Shown here piece by piece: positions 1-11,015 of a DNA stretch of 46,060 bases (its first letter is position 1; every line of letters starts with the position of its first letter). Source of the DNA: Basidioascus undulatus (taxonomy: Eukaryota); contig JTLS01000020.1 of NCBI GenBank assembly GCA_000826855.1, forward strand, positions 1-46,060, read 5' to 3'. Position numbers and translations under genes: made by a program. The notes beneath the pieces were generated by a model that saw nothing but the letters and a program-made list of their open reading frames with translations, did no database searches and was not told where the DNA came from.

Positions 1-142
1 ATCCTGGCAGACGGAAAAAGCACCCACATCCCCAACGACCCTAATACCAACGCCCAACAACGTACAAGAACAGCGCGAAAAGAGACAGATCGAAAAGAAA
101 AACAGATTAAAAAAAAAGGGTCGTCATGTCTCCTCCATCCTC

Positions 143-2073
143 TCACGCCTTGCCGCCCAAGAACCCGCGCACCTGCCCGCGGCCCCAGACCTCGGTCATC
201 CGCCCGCGGACGCTCACGTCGAAGCTGAGCTTCAAGAAGCGGTCCTCCTCCTCATCCGTTGCCGTCTGGCCGACCGAAGCGGGCGCGGACGCAGGCGGGC
301 TCGGCGCAGGCGTGAGGAGCGTGAGGGTCATCATCTCCTTGGGGCTTTCGGGCTCGGACGCGGGAGGGGGAGCGAGGGAGAGCTCGAACTCGTTCGGCAG
401 GATGTGCTCCTCCACGCTCAGGCCGGGGAGGACCTCCCACCCATTCTCGGACAAGGAGTCGGAGGCGGAGTCGGACTGCTCGCGCTGCTCGCGTGCGTGC
501 GCGTGCCCGTCGACAACGAGCACGCCCGCCTGCTTGCCCCGCCCGAACTCGTACGTCTCGCGCCACCGTGCCGCGGGGGGCGGTGCATCCGCATCCGCGA
601 TGGGCTGGAGCGCCGCGGGGGAGAGGCAGATCTGGCCGAGGAGCTTAGTGAGGGCGTCGTCGGCGGCGGGGAACGCGTGCTCGTCCGCCGCGAAGGGCGC
701 GCCGCATGCCCCGCTGGAGGAGGCCGTGGAGAGGCGGCGGAAGAAGGCCTCGGAGGGGTCGGACGAGGGCGGGGTCCAGATGGCGGGGGAGGAGGTGTCG
801 AGGGTGAGGGAGGAGTTGGCCAGCGCGCTGGAGGAAAGGACGCGGGAGAGGCTGCGCGCGGAAGAAAGGAATGGGTGAGTTGGGTGGGACATGGGCGTGA
901 TGGGGAGGAGGACGTACTCCGACAGCGACGGCTCGGCCTCGCGAAGGCGGTCGAGCATGCCGGAGGAGCGGGAAGAGGGAAGGCCGAAGAGGGCGAAGGA
1001 GAAGAGGATGACCTGTGTGAAGACAAGAGCTTGGCATCAGCAATCCTGCAAGCAGAGCGCAGCATTGCGATTGCACGCACCATGAGCGCAACCCCGCCTG
1101 CGGACTTGGCGTTCCCATCCTTCCTGTCAGAGTGCGACGCCGCCTCCGCACGCTCGCGGATCCTGGCGCTCGCGGGGCGCCCACGCCGGACGCCCTTCTC
1201 CGCAGCGTCCTCCTCGCCCTGCGTAGGCTGAGCGTCCTGCTGTTGGGCAGGCGCGCCCGAGGCCGCAGCGCCCTCGAGCCTGGCCCTCAAGCTGGCGAGC
1301 TCGACCCTTAGCTGGCCCTCCCTTCGCCTGGCCTCCCACACCTCCCCGCGCGCGTCCTCAAGCTCGTGCGTGAGGCGCGCGTTCTCCTTCTCGAGCTCGC
1401 CGACGCGCTCCTCGAGCTGCTCGAACGCCTCGCGCTTGCGCTGGCGGCTTAGGAACGCCGCCGCGCGGTTCTTGAGCAGGCGGGCCTCGCGCTTGGAGAG
1501 GTTCGACGTGTCGGGTGGGACGAACGTGGACGAGTGGCTCGTCTTTTGGATCTTGGGGATGTTCGTCGCGGGCGGGTTCTTGGGCTTCGGCTGGCTGAGC
1601 GTCGGCGTCGGCGTGCTCGGGGAGGGGGACGTGTGCGCGGAGGAATGCGAGCGGCGGGAGGCCGAGCCGCAGCCGGACCCCGACGAGGAAGAGGAGGGCG
1701 CGGGGGAGTGGGACCGCTTGCGCTTGGAGGGCGGTGGGGAGGCGTCCATCGCGGCTGGGGTGAGAGGGGCGGGCGCGGGAGCGCTGACGGAGGGCTCGAC
1801 GACGGGCGAGGGCGAGAAGAGCATGCTCGGCGGGAGGGCCTCGACGACGCTCATGCACTCGTCCATTGGCTCGCTCTTCACGAGCGGGTGGTCCTCGTAC
1901 GGCGACCCGAGCAGGCTCGCCGGCGCGGTCGTCGTCGACCACGGCGTCTCGAGCCCGAGCGCGTTCGAGTACGGGTCTTCCTGGCCAGAGTACGACTCGG
2001 GCGAGCCGGACGAGTTGGAGGACGAGAACGAGTCAAACTCGAGCTCGGGGACGAGGTACGAAGAGTAGTCCAT
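143..2073 (-). CDS. bZIP transcription factor with C-terminal transmembrane segment (ATF6/CREB3-like topology), 3 coding exons
   Basis: ATG at 2073 (MDYSSYLVPE). Basic region and zipper LSKREARLLKNRAAAFLSRQRKREAFEQLEERVGELEKENARL. Intron 1080-1013 (GTGCGT..CTGAT..CAG) joins AGGVALM to VILFSFALFGL, forming a hydrophobic helix. Probable in-frame intron 917-852 (GTACGT..CTCAC..CAG). TGA at 145-143. Probable 5'UTR intron about 2188-2074. Confidence 0.85.
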
Positions 2074-4573
2074 CTGGGTTGGTGAGAGTGGGAGATGAGG
2101 GGGAGATTTGGGATTGGGGAGATTGGGCTGGTCAGTACAGGAGATGGGGGAGGAAGATGGGGGTCGGTCGGGAAGAGAAGAGGCGTACGTTAGTGTGCTG
2201 TGAACGTGCTGACGATGTGCGCAAGGCAAAGTGCGAAGTGTGACGGCTGCGGAGGACGGAATGCTTTGGACTGAGACCGCCCGAGTCGCGGATACGGTCA
2301 GTCTCGGATCGAACGGCTGTGCCCCCTGAGTCGTGCCTCCTTGCTCTCCCTGCTCCGTTCCAACATTTCCCCCAGCATATTCCGGATCCCTCTTAGAATA
2401 TACGAGCCCCGTTCTGCATTTTCCAGCCGGCCCCGCTCTGCCCTTCCCGTCCGCAACCGCAGGGGGAGGAGCGTGGGAGAAGTGTCTCACCTCGATCGTA
2501 AACCGTGTTCGAAAATGGCAGACGGGCGTACCGGGATTCTTGCGTGCAGTTGCGAGAGAGAGCTATGCGAATAAACAAAAAGTGGTCGGATGAAAAAGAT
2601 GTCAGTCGGGGTGTGCGGCGAGAAAGGGGTGTGCGGCGAAGGAGGACAAGAGGAGCGAAGGAGGAAGGCCCGAGGGGCGGTGCGAGAGTGCGCACGGGCA
2701 GGGTTGGGCGCCGGGCTGCGCGATCAGATAGCGCCCCCCCGCGTTCTGCATGCCGATTCATCAATTGAACGCAGTAAACGTTCCCTTTTGGCGTGCATGT
2801 CGTTTGCCAGATGCCATGCAGATACACCACCCAAAAAAACAGTCCCAATTGATCTGTGGGAGACTCAGACTCACCGAACGGGGGACGAGCGAGCGAAAGA
2901 GAACGGCTGTGCGCGCGGGCAGATAGCGAGGGTGTCTGGGCGTCAGTGGTAATTCGCGAGTAAAGGACCAACAGAGCGCAGAATCCCAAGAAATACACCC
3001 TCTTTGCCCTCCAGACTGCGGGTCGCAGCGTGAGATGAGCAGGGGTAGGCCGCTCGACGGACCGCGACCTTCTTGTGCATTCTCACACCCCCCGCAATCC
3101 CAGAGCCCCTGCACCCATTCTCGGCCTCAACGATCCCGCTCTGAGAGCTCCCACCCCAGTATCCCCCCGCCGCCGTCCACAAGATCATCAGTGTCCACCG
3201 CCGTTCTTCCAACAACACCGGCGTGCCCGTCTACCACCCGGCCAAGTACGTCATCCGCCGTCCGCGCACTCACCCCAAACGAGCAGCTGTAACCCGTATC
3301 AACAACCCAAAGGACTTAAAGCGATGCGGCGGTCGTAGGTAGATCTATCGCACAAAGAGCGTCTACCCGAACGAGGAGTCCAAGCGAATGAAAAGGTCGA
3401 AGCGACGAAGGCGAACGAGTGCGCAACCGCGAAGGTCGATTAAGTAGGTAGGTACGGGGGTAGTATGTGAGTATAGTAGGCACGATGTTGCTATTGCTAG
3501 GAGCTCGAGGTGAGACACCCCGGCACATGGGCGTGTGCTTGTGCTTGACCTTGCCCCCTCGACGTGCACCTTTGACGCCGCCGCACAACGTTCGCGCACT
3601 TTGACTTGCTAAAAAGGGGGTCACTCGAGACTCAATAACGATAAGCATGCCACCCACTGTCGAGACTTTAAAGATCTACTGAACCATCAACTGTCTTCGC
3701 AGCCCGAAGACGTGCCCTTGGTAACGGTAGTTGTCTTTTCGCCGCCGCAGCGACTTCGGCATGCAGCGCACGCGCAGAACTGCGGACTGCTTGTCCCAAC
3801 TTGTCCATGGACGTGCTTCCTCAAGCGCCATGCACGGCAGCTCCATTGAACGTCGCTTGCCAAAGAGCGTTATCGGAGGAAGTCGAGAGTGGTGCATCTT
3901 ATCTGATCAAGTGAACACATTTTTTTTCTTTTGACACTGGCTCTGGAGGTGCGCCTTCTGTGCGCTTCGCTCTATTTCCATCTAGCGTGAACATACTATC
4001 GTGCATATATGGAGTTCTTGATAGCTTCAACAACAGTCAACGCCAACGAAAACGCGTTTGACAAGGAGCTGCACAACAGGACCGGCGGACCAATCAATAT
4101 CCCGCACGTGCCTCCGCCTGAAAGAGTCGCACTTCGTTTCTTCGTGGGGGAGGACGCCCCTATTCTGCGCTTTAAGAAAACAACGGGTATACTGCACAAG
4201 GGGTACTTGTAGATATTTGTGGGCCTTGAACTGCTATTTCAGTGTAAGGGTGCTCTTGTTCCGTCTGGACGTCGCTTCAAGCCGGCCGTACAGTGGACGG
4301 GCCAGAGAAGGAGGAGGACAGCCTGAAGGAGCGAACTTCAGCGAAGAGTGTGTTCCTCTTGTGGATGGTAGATTCTCCAAATGGTCTCAGTAGGTACATG
4401 ATTTCCCCTGGAGCGCCAGAGTAAGCTGCCTCACAGACCGGCCGGCAAAGGAAGAAAAGGCCACGTCTGTCCCGCTTCTGTAGAGTCGCAGACCCCTCTT
4501 AAGATATGCAGGGAGAAGAAGCTGTATTGAACCAGGAAAGAATATGTGTGTCTGTACTTAGTCAACACCTACT

Positions 4574-5527
4574 ATGATCGTCATGCCCGTCTCCATGCCG
4601 CTCGATGTTATCGCGCATATCATCGATCTTCTCGTCGAGCCGGCCCACCCACTGGGGTACGAACAGTGGCACGACTTGCTCGACACCGTCCTTGCTCTTA
4701 GTCTAGTATTGAAGAACGTCTGGTAGCTCACACTTTGGCCACTGTTCCGTACCGTCGACGAGGGCTCGGTGGCGGTGCTCCCCTCTTTCGCAGCGTCTGA
4801 GCATCTGCACTACGTGGAGGACCTCTCATTGAGCGAAATAACAGATTCTGATTATTGGGAGGACGAAGAATTCGATGACATGATGCTTCATTTGATCCGC
4901 GTATTCAAATCGTCACGCCCTCTCCGACGCCGCCTCCTTGAGGGCAATGCGGCCCGCACCCTCCACCATTCCCGACTGGCCGCAGATCATTACGGCGAAT
5001 GTCCATACTTTGGCGAGGATTTCTTGAGAATACTTGGTATTTCGGGCCTTGAAGAACTTGCAATACTGGGCCACAGGATGTCCACTTGACAGCATCACTG
5101 CTATCGCATCCGCATCGTCTCCCAAGGCGTTCCAGCTGCACCGCTTGTGTCTCTCCCCATTCCCATTCTATTCGGACCAGGGAATCCTACTCTGCAAGTT
5201 CAAGTTCTTGACTCATCTCGCCTTCGACGTTTCTCCCTGGGTTGGGGATGTCGACATGATTGCTTTAGCTTCGTGTTCAAGCAGCTTCCGACCCTACCTC
5301 GGGTCATCCTTGCTGTCGTGGACACTGAAATAGGATTTATAAGGGAGAAGCTACCTTTCTTCTATGAATCAACGCGGGTCAGCAGTGTCGTGCTCTCGAT
5401 CTATTTGCTCCAGGGTGACCAAATCTCTCCCCAAACGAGCAACTGGATGAAGGAGAATGTGCTCGATGGTACGTTGTGGGACGGAGAGTACATGAGCCCG
5501 GAAGAGGCTCTGAGCACCGGGGACTGA
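4574..5527 (+). pseudogene. F-box/LRR-like family copy 1, disrupted
   Basis: Reads MPVSMPLDVIAHIIDLLVEPAHPLGY...LALSLVLKNVW*. In-frame TAG at 4724-4726. LRR-like motifs (LEEL, LHRL, LTHLAFD) are spread over three frames (ORFs 4769, 5034, 5147). Ends ...LDGTLWDGEYMSPEEA. Confidence 0.7.
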
Positions 5528-7209
5528 TGGCGAACTGCCCGGGGGGTGGGGAGAAAGAGAAGGGTGTCTGTCGCCATGTTTTCTGTCTTCGCTGCGTGTT
5601 GTACTGCTTTGCGCTCGCTAGGCCTTATTGTGTGTTAAATGAGCATCTTCTTGAATGCTGTACGAGTTGTCTGCCTTTATACTCTTCAGCGCAAGTTACG
5701 ATCCCGTACAGGTCCTGCGGACAGTGAGCTGTTCGAATAACCAGAATGTCTTTGCGAGCGTGGTGTGGGAACGGAGATGCTCGTCGGGAATGAGCTGGCA
5801 CCGCACCGTACAGTCAGAGGCGTCGGTCTCCATGCAACCCAGTCTGACAAACCAGTTGCCACAGTCTCCATTGCTTCCCTCTTCGCGTCCCACCTGTTCT
5901 ACCTAGTTTCGCTCGCTTCCGCTACCCTACTTTGCCACAGTTTCCACCAGTTTCCGACCCACTCTGCTTCCGCCTTGTTCTCTTTCTTTCTGCCCCTCTG
6001 CCTATAAAAGCCCCACCTCTAGCTAGCCTTGCTCCTCATCCGCTCTTGCTCCACCTGGCCCTAGTCCTTCTCTGTCTCTAGTCCTTACTCTCTTGCCCCG
6101 GCCCTCCCCCCAGTCATCTCATACTTTACCACCCGTCCTGCTGGTAGTCCCCGTTGCGGTGCCTCTGCTCAGCCCGATTCATGATACGTGCTTGCTTGTC
6201 TTCATGGCGGTCATATCGTCCTTGTCTGCCTACACCGTTCTGCTTAGTCTGTCCGCGTTACTACGCCGTCAGATGATAGGGTCGGGGTCTTGAAAATTTT
6301 GCTTAATTCTTTCAAGCTCACCCCTCAGCTTCAACTTTGCAACATGCTCTCGTTGGCCCACACTCAGTGTCCACCAGCTGCCAGGCAGCGCCATGCTCAC
6401 GGTAGTTCTTGTAGATACTCTAATTTTGTTGCTGATCCCTCTTGAGCTGGAGCTTAGGGCAAGGCTTCCGATAAGATTGGCCTCTGACAACATTTGCCTG
6501 GGCTGGTCTGAGCAAAGTCCGTGTGCCGCACCAGCGAATGACAAGGCCATCCCTCTCTTCCGCCCCTCTTAGTAGTCGCTCACCCTTTCTGAATATGCAA
6601 CTATTCCCTTCCAGTGGGATTCAGAATGCCCAACAAGGCAGAACTCGCGATTCAGAAGGAGATGGCAAAGAGGCAAGTCTGGACAAACACGTGCGCGGGA
6701 TGGACTGAAGGGCGGTTGATGATAGGCGGTAAAGGGCCCATGACTGTTTTCAGAATACGTACCTGAGAATCGTTAGTCTTCATGGCCTTACAGCCCACAA
6801 TCTACGCCCCTCAAGACTTCTTGTTCGGAGTGAGCGGCTTGCTGGCCTGTTCAACAGGGGAAGGCAGTCTGTTCCGTGGGTTGTTCCCGTAAACATCATG
6901 CCTAACAAAGCAAAGACAGTTAGACCTTATAAAATCCTGTTCAGTTTCCAAGCGCATATACAGATGTGAATGCCAGGCTGATACACCAGTGTGCAGCGCG
7001 TGGAGCTGCTGGGGCGGCTGCACCTGGCAGTTACTGTGCGGGAGGCTTGATCAGGTACCTTTGTCAGGTAAAAGTATGAGATGAAGTTGAAGAAAAGGGG
7101 CTTTTGTGGGAGAAGAAAGGGTTGTCATCTCCTGCGTGCAACTCAACACGAGTCCGCCTCGGTCCGTCTGTGCTTGTAATGGAGTCAACAATTGACGACC
7201 ATCTTCATT

Positions 7210-7282
7210 GGCCGCTTAACTCAGTTGGTAGAGTGTTTGCTTAACACGCAAAATGTCGCAGGATCGAGCCCTGCAGTGGTCA
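7210..7282 (+). tRNA. tRNA-Val(AAC), intronless
   Basis: Cloverleaf: acceptor GGCCGCT/AGTGGTC, D stem ACTC/GAGT, anticodon arm TTTGC-TTAACAC-GCAAA, T arm GCAGG-ATCGAGC-CCTGC. Downstream T-tracts fit a Pol III terminator. Confidence 0.92.
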
Positions 7283-7623
7283 GTTCCTTTTGCTTTTGCT
7301 TTTTTCATCTTTGCTACCTGGCCTGGCCTCCCGTCCTTTCCATCTCCCTGCACCTATAACCATAGATATTTTCTCTGCGCACAATGAACATGTAACTCTG
7401 ACATTGTGGTATCCGCTGAACAAATTTTAGAGTTGACAGGGTAATGAAACTGGCCGGCGCTGCATGACAGTAAAACTAACCCAGCGACAGCTGAACGCGC
7501 CCCGGATCTGAACATCTGTCTGTCACCGCCCCCGTCGCGCCGTTCCTCGCTTTCTCGTCCTCCTTGCTTTCTCCCGAGCCTCAACCGGGCGTCGATGCTC
7601 CTTCTCCTCGCTCCTGCAGCAGC

Positions 7624-9513
7624 ATGAACACGTCGGCTCCGCACTCCAATTCGACGTCCCCCGCGCCGCACTCGCCCCAGATGCAGGGCATCCACAGCCC
7701 AAACCCGGGCGCACAGGCACATGCGAACGCGACCCAGCAGCAGCAGCAGCAGCTGCTGCCACAGCAGGCGAATGTCCGTTTCGCGCCGCCTGTGGTGGAT
7801 GAGCAGCCGAAGCAGAAGCGGCGCAGGAGCAGCGCGCAGGGAGCGGGGGAGGTGAGCCATTCTTTGCTCGGAACAATTCATCCGCGTTTGCTGAGAGAGG
7901 GCAGGACGATCGGTAGTCGGAACAGCAGCAGCACCCTCATCACGGCGGGTACCGACCGCCTCCCTACGCGCAAAACACGTTCTACTCCGTCCCCGCGCCG
8001 CCTCCGCCTCCGCTCGCGCACAACGGGCCCCCGGGCCCGCTGCACCCGCACGCGCACCCGGTGGCGGCGCATATGGGGTACTACCCGCCGCCGTCCACCG
8101 CGTATGGCTCGCCCGTCCAGCCACCGGGCCCACCCGCTGTCCTCCCTCCCCACCCGCACAACTCCCATGCTGCCGCCGCGCCCTCGTCCCCGCTCCCGCC
8201 CCAGGGCCCACCCATCATTCAACCCCTCCACGGGCTCGTACCCATCCTCCGCCGTCAGCAACCTCCGATCGCGGTGCCTAGGAGCTTGCTCATTGCGCCT
8301 TACCCGGTTAGTCTGCGATTCTCCCATTCTCCCCTACGCCGTACCTTCTCCCTTCTCTATCCTCTGCCTCCTTCCTTCTTCCTTCCCTCTGCGTCGTCCC
8401 TTCTCCGTCCTCCTTCTTTTCTTCTTCCTCTATATTTCTCACAAATTTCCCCCTTCTCCCGAGTTTCTGACGCCTGCCTCTGCACGCCCCCGCAGACCGT
8501 GATCGCCCGCCTCCTTCAATTCCACTCCCTCCCGCCCACGCCGGCGGACGAGGTCGCGCTCGAGACGACCGTGCAGGGGCACGACTGCCGCGTGCTCGAG
8601 GACCTCTGGCAGGAGCTCGCCCCCCACGTGAGCGTCATCAAGCTCCGCCTCGCAAGCGACGAGCCCGAGACGGCCGAGGGCGGGAGCACGAAGTCTGGAT
8701 CGCAGGGTGCGTCGTCCCTTTCCCCTCTTCCTTCATTCCCCTTGTTCTCCCTGCTTTCTTCGCCCGCCTCCCTACTCCCTCCTTCTCCAGCTTACCTTTC
8801 TCGCTTTCTCCTCCTGCCACCAGCCCCATCTCCCTCCGCCCTCCCCTCGCATCCCTCCCCTCCCGCGCCGCGCGTCTCCCCCCCAACATGGACGCACCTC
8901 CCCGGGGCCCCTCCCCCCTGCGGCGGGCCTCCCACACCCTCCACCTCCTCCGCCCTGCCCGCAGCAGCGCCGCCCGTGACGCCGGTGCCCGCGCAGGGCA
9001 AAAGGCGCGGCAACCTCCCCGCGCCCGTCACCGCCACGCTCATGGGATGGCTCCAGAACCACCAGGCCAACCCGTACCCTACGGAGGCGGAGAAGCGCGA
9101 ACTGTGCCAGGCGACGGGGCTGACCATCACGCAGGTGCGTCCTTTCTCCCCTCCTCTCCGTGTTCTTCCTGCCCCTCCTACTTTTTTCCTCCACTTTCTT
9201 CTTTCCTACCCCCTAATTCTGACGCACACCCATGCAAACTCAGTGCTCAAACTGGTTCATCAACGCGCGCCGGCGCGTGAAATTCCCGAACGGCTCCATG
9301 CCCTCCTCCTCCACGTCCACCTCCAACCCCGGCGCAGACGTCTCCACCTCCACCCCTCTCGCGACCCCCATCACATCCTCCTCCGCTCCCGCCCCCGCGC
9401 ACGCGCACAGCCCCAGCGCAGCACACGCCGCCCCGTCGCCGGGGCAGTTCCCGGTCCCCGTCCAGCAGAAGACGGAGGCCGGGGAGGGGGAGAGGGAGAG
9501 GGAGGGGGAATGA
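7624..9513 (+). CDS. TALE-class (KN/TGIF, Cup9/Tos8-like) homeodomain transcription factor, 5 exons
   Basis: Spliced homeodomain KRRGNLPAPVTATLMGWLQNHQANPYPTEAEKRELCQATGLTITQ|CSNWFINARRR, with the PYP loop and WFIN helix 3. Predicted introns 7852-7916, 8307-8495, 8707-8823, 9135-9243. Gln/Pro/His-rich N-terminus. Start codon tentative. Confidence 0.88.
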
Positions 9514-10196
9514 CCAGGGGAGGGAGTTTGGGATGGGTACACAAAAATGGGATGGCATGTAGGGCGGGGGTGTAGGGCGGGGGGTGAGGGGTGCATGGTA
9601 GGTGTATGAGGGTTGATGATTATGATGTTCCTCTGGATGTTGTTCTTCTTTCGCGCTTATTCACATTTCACGTTCGCATCTCGTTTTCTTCATGAGGTTT
9701 CCATAGTGCGTTTTTGGCTCTCCGGTAGGTGGGTCGTGTAGGGGATTCGTTTTCTATGGGTTGGTGATGTTGGGATGAGGGTGAGGGGCGAGAGAGTGGG
9801 TCCGGGCGGGATGAGGGTAGGGGAGGATTGAGGGGAAAGGGGTCTTTTATTGAGCTGTCTTATAATATGAGCGCGGAGGAAGGTGCGGTTCTGCTCAATG
9901 AAGAATCGAACAGGGAACCGAGAAAAGTGTGGACTGGTTCAGCTCCACCGGTTGGTTCCCGTCTTCCAAGACAACACTTACGCTCCGGGCCATACAGTGT
10001 TCCGGCATACTACCGTTAAGCCTCTGGAAGGCTACTGCAGACAAAGCTGTGTGCAGATGCACAGTTACCGTTGGAGACTTTAAGTTGAGCCGACTGGGAG
10101 GGAAAAAAATAGCGTCAGATGGGCGTTCACATACGTACGGCGGAAGAGGAGCGTCAGGGGAAGGAGGAAAAATTAACCGTTGGAAGCAAAAGCGAA

Positions 10197-10269
10197 TGAC
10201 CACTACAGGGCTCGATCCTGCGACATTTTGCGTGTTAAGCAAACACTCTACCAACTGAGTTAAGCGGCC
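10197..10269 (-). tRNA. tRNA-Val(AAC), second copy
   Basis: Reverse complement matches 7210-7282 except one C>T in the T stem (CCTGC vs CCTGT, giving G-U). T-tracts follow. Confidence 0.92.
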
Positions 10270-11015
10270 GATGGTGTCTGCACTAGTTCTGACATACTGC
10301 CTCTTCGATTTTTCTCCGCCCACAGCCCCTTCCAGTAGCTTTGCAGCGCTCACTGATGCGGTAAGTGATGATTTTGGAACCTTTTGGTTGTTCTTTCCAA
10401 ATTTTGGATATCTGGTTCTGCATGCCAAACTGTAAGATGGTGCGCTTTGCACCCCGTCAGGCTAGCAAAACTCGATATTCGGCATTAGCCAGCTGCATAG
10501 TGACTGACCACTTTCCGTGGGATTTGATTTAATACACTGCGCCTGAGGGATGGATTCGCCTCTATGACAGCATACAAGGCCGAACGTCACTCTCGTCAAA
10601 GAGCGCAGAAAGTCGAATGTCGCTGACCGCGATACTGGTCAGACCGGCACCTGGCTGAAGCACGAAATCATATCTGCACCGTGCAACCTCCCATTAGGCC
10701 ATTCTACCTTGCCAAGCAGTCAAGATGGCAGAAGCGCAAAGGTATGGTTACATTAGCGAGATCTCCGGAAAAGCGCCAAACGAGAGATCAATGACCATCG
10801 GCGCCGCCTCAGGAAGTCACTGACCACAACAGCCTGCACAATCTACGGCGGGGCGCCACCATTTCCCCTTCCGTTCGAGGCACCATGACCTGAACCGGCA
10901 TTCAAAGGCTAGCAGAAAAAAGCAACAGCACACGCAGGCCAAAGAAGGCAAAGGACAAGGGCAAATTTTCATCCGAAAAAAGAAGCAGCAAAATCTCCCG
11001 AAAACTCTGGAACAA

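Noticed and set aside
143..2073. Hac1/Hxl1 with an Ire1-spliced unconventional intron
   Set aside because: The introns found are ordinary GT-AG with branch points. I could not identify paired CNG'CNG stem-loops.
126..2243. Long plus-strand ORFs (126-878, 404-1231, 1370-2068 and others)
   Set aside because: Antisense shadows of the GC-rich bZIP gene with no domain-like content. The same applies to most overlapping ORFs in the track.
3035..3443. Small spliced gene divergent from the bZIP
   Set aside because: Intron-like signals exist (GTAGGC..CAG, GTACGT..CAG), but every joining I tried hits early stops and no family is recognisable.
4721..4726. TGG-TAG as an A-to-I editing or readthrough-corrected stop
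   Set aside because: The same gene has two further frameshifts, so simple decay explains it.
7624..9513. Mating-type HD1 locus
   Set aside because: The homeodomain is the canonical RRGNLP...PYP...SNWFINARRR Cup9/TGIF type. No divergent HD2 partner or MIP gene is nearby.
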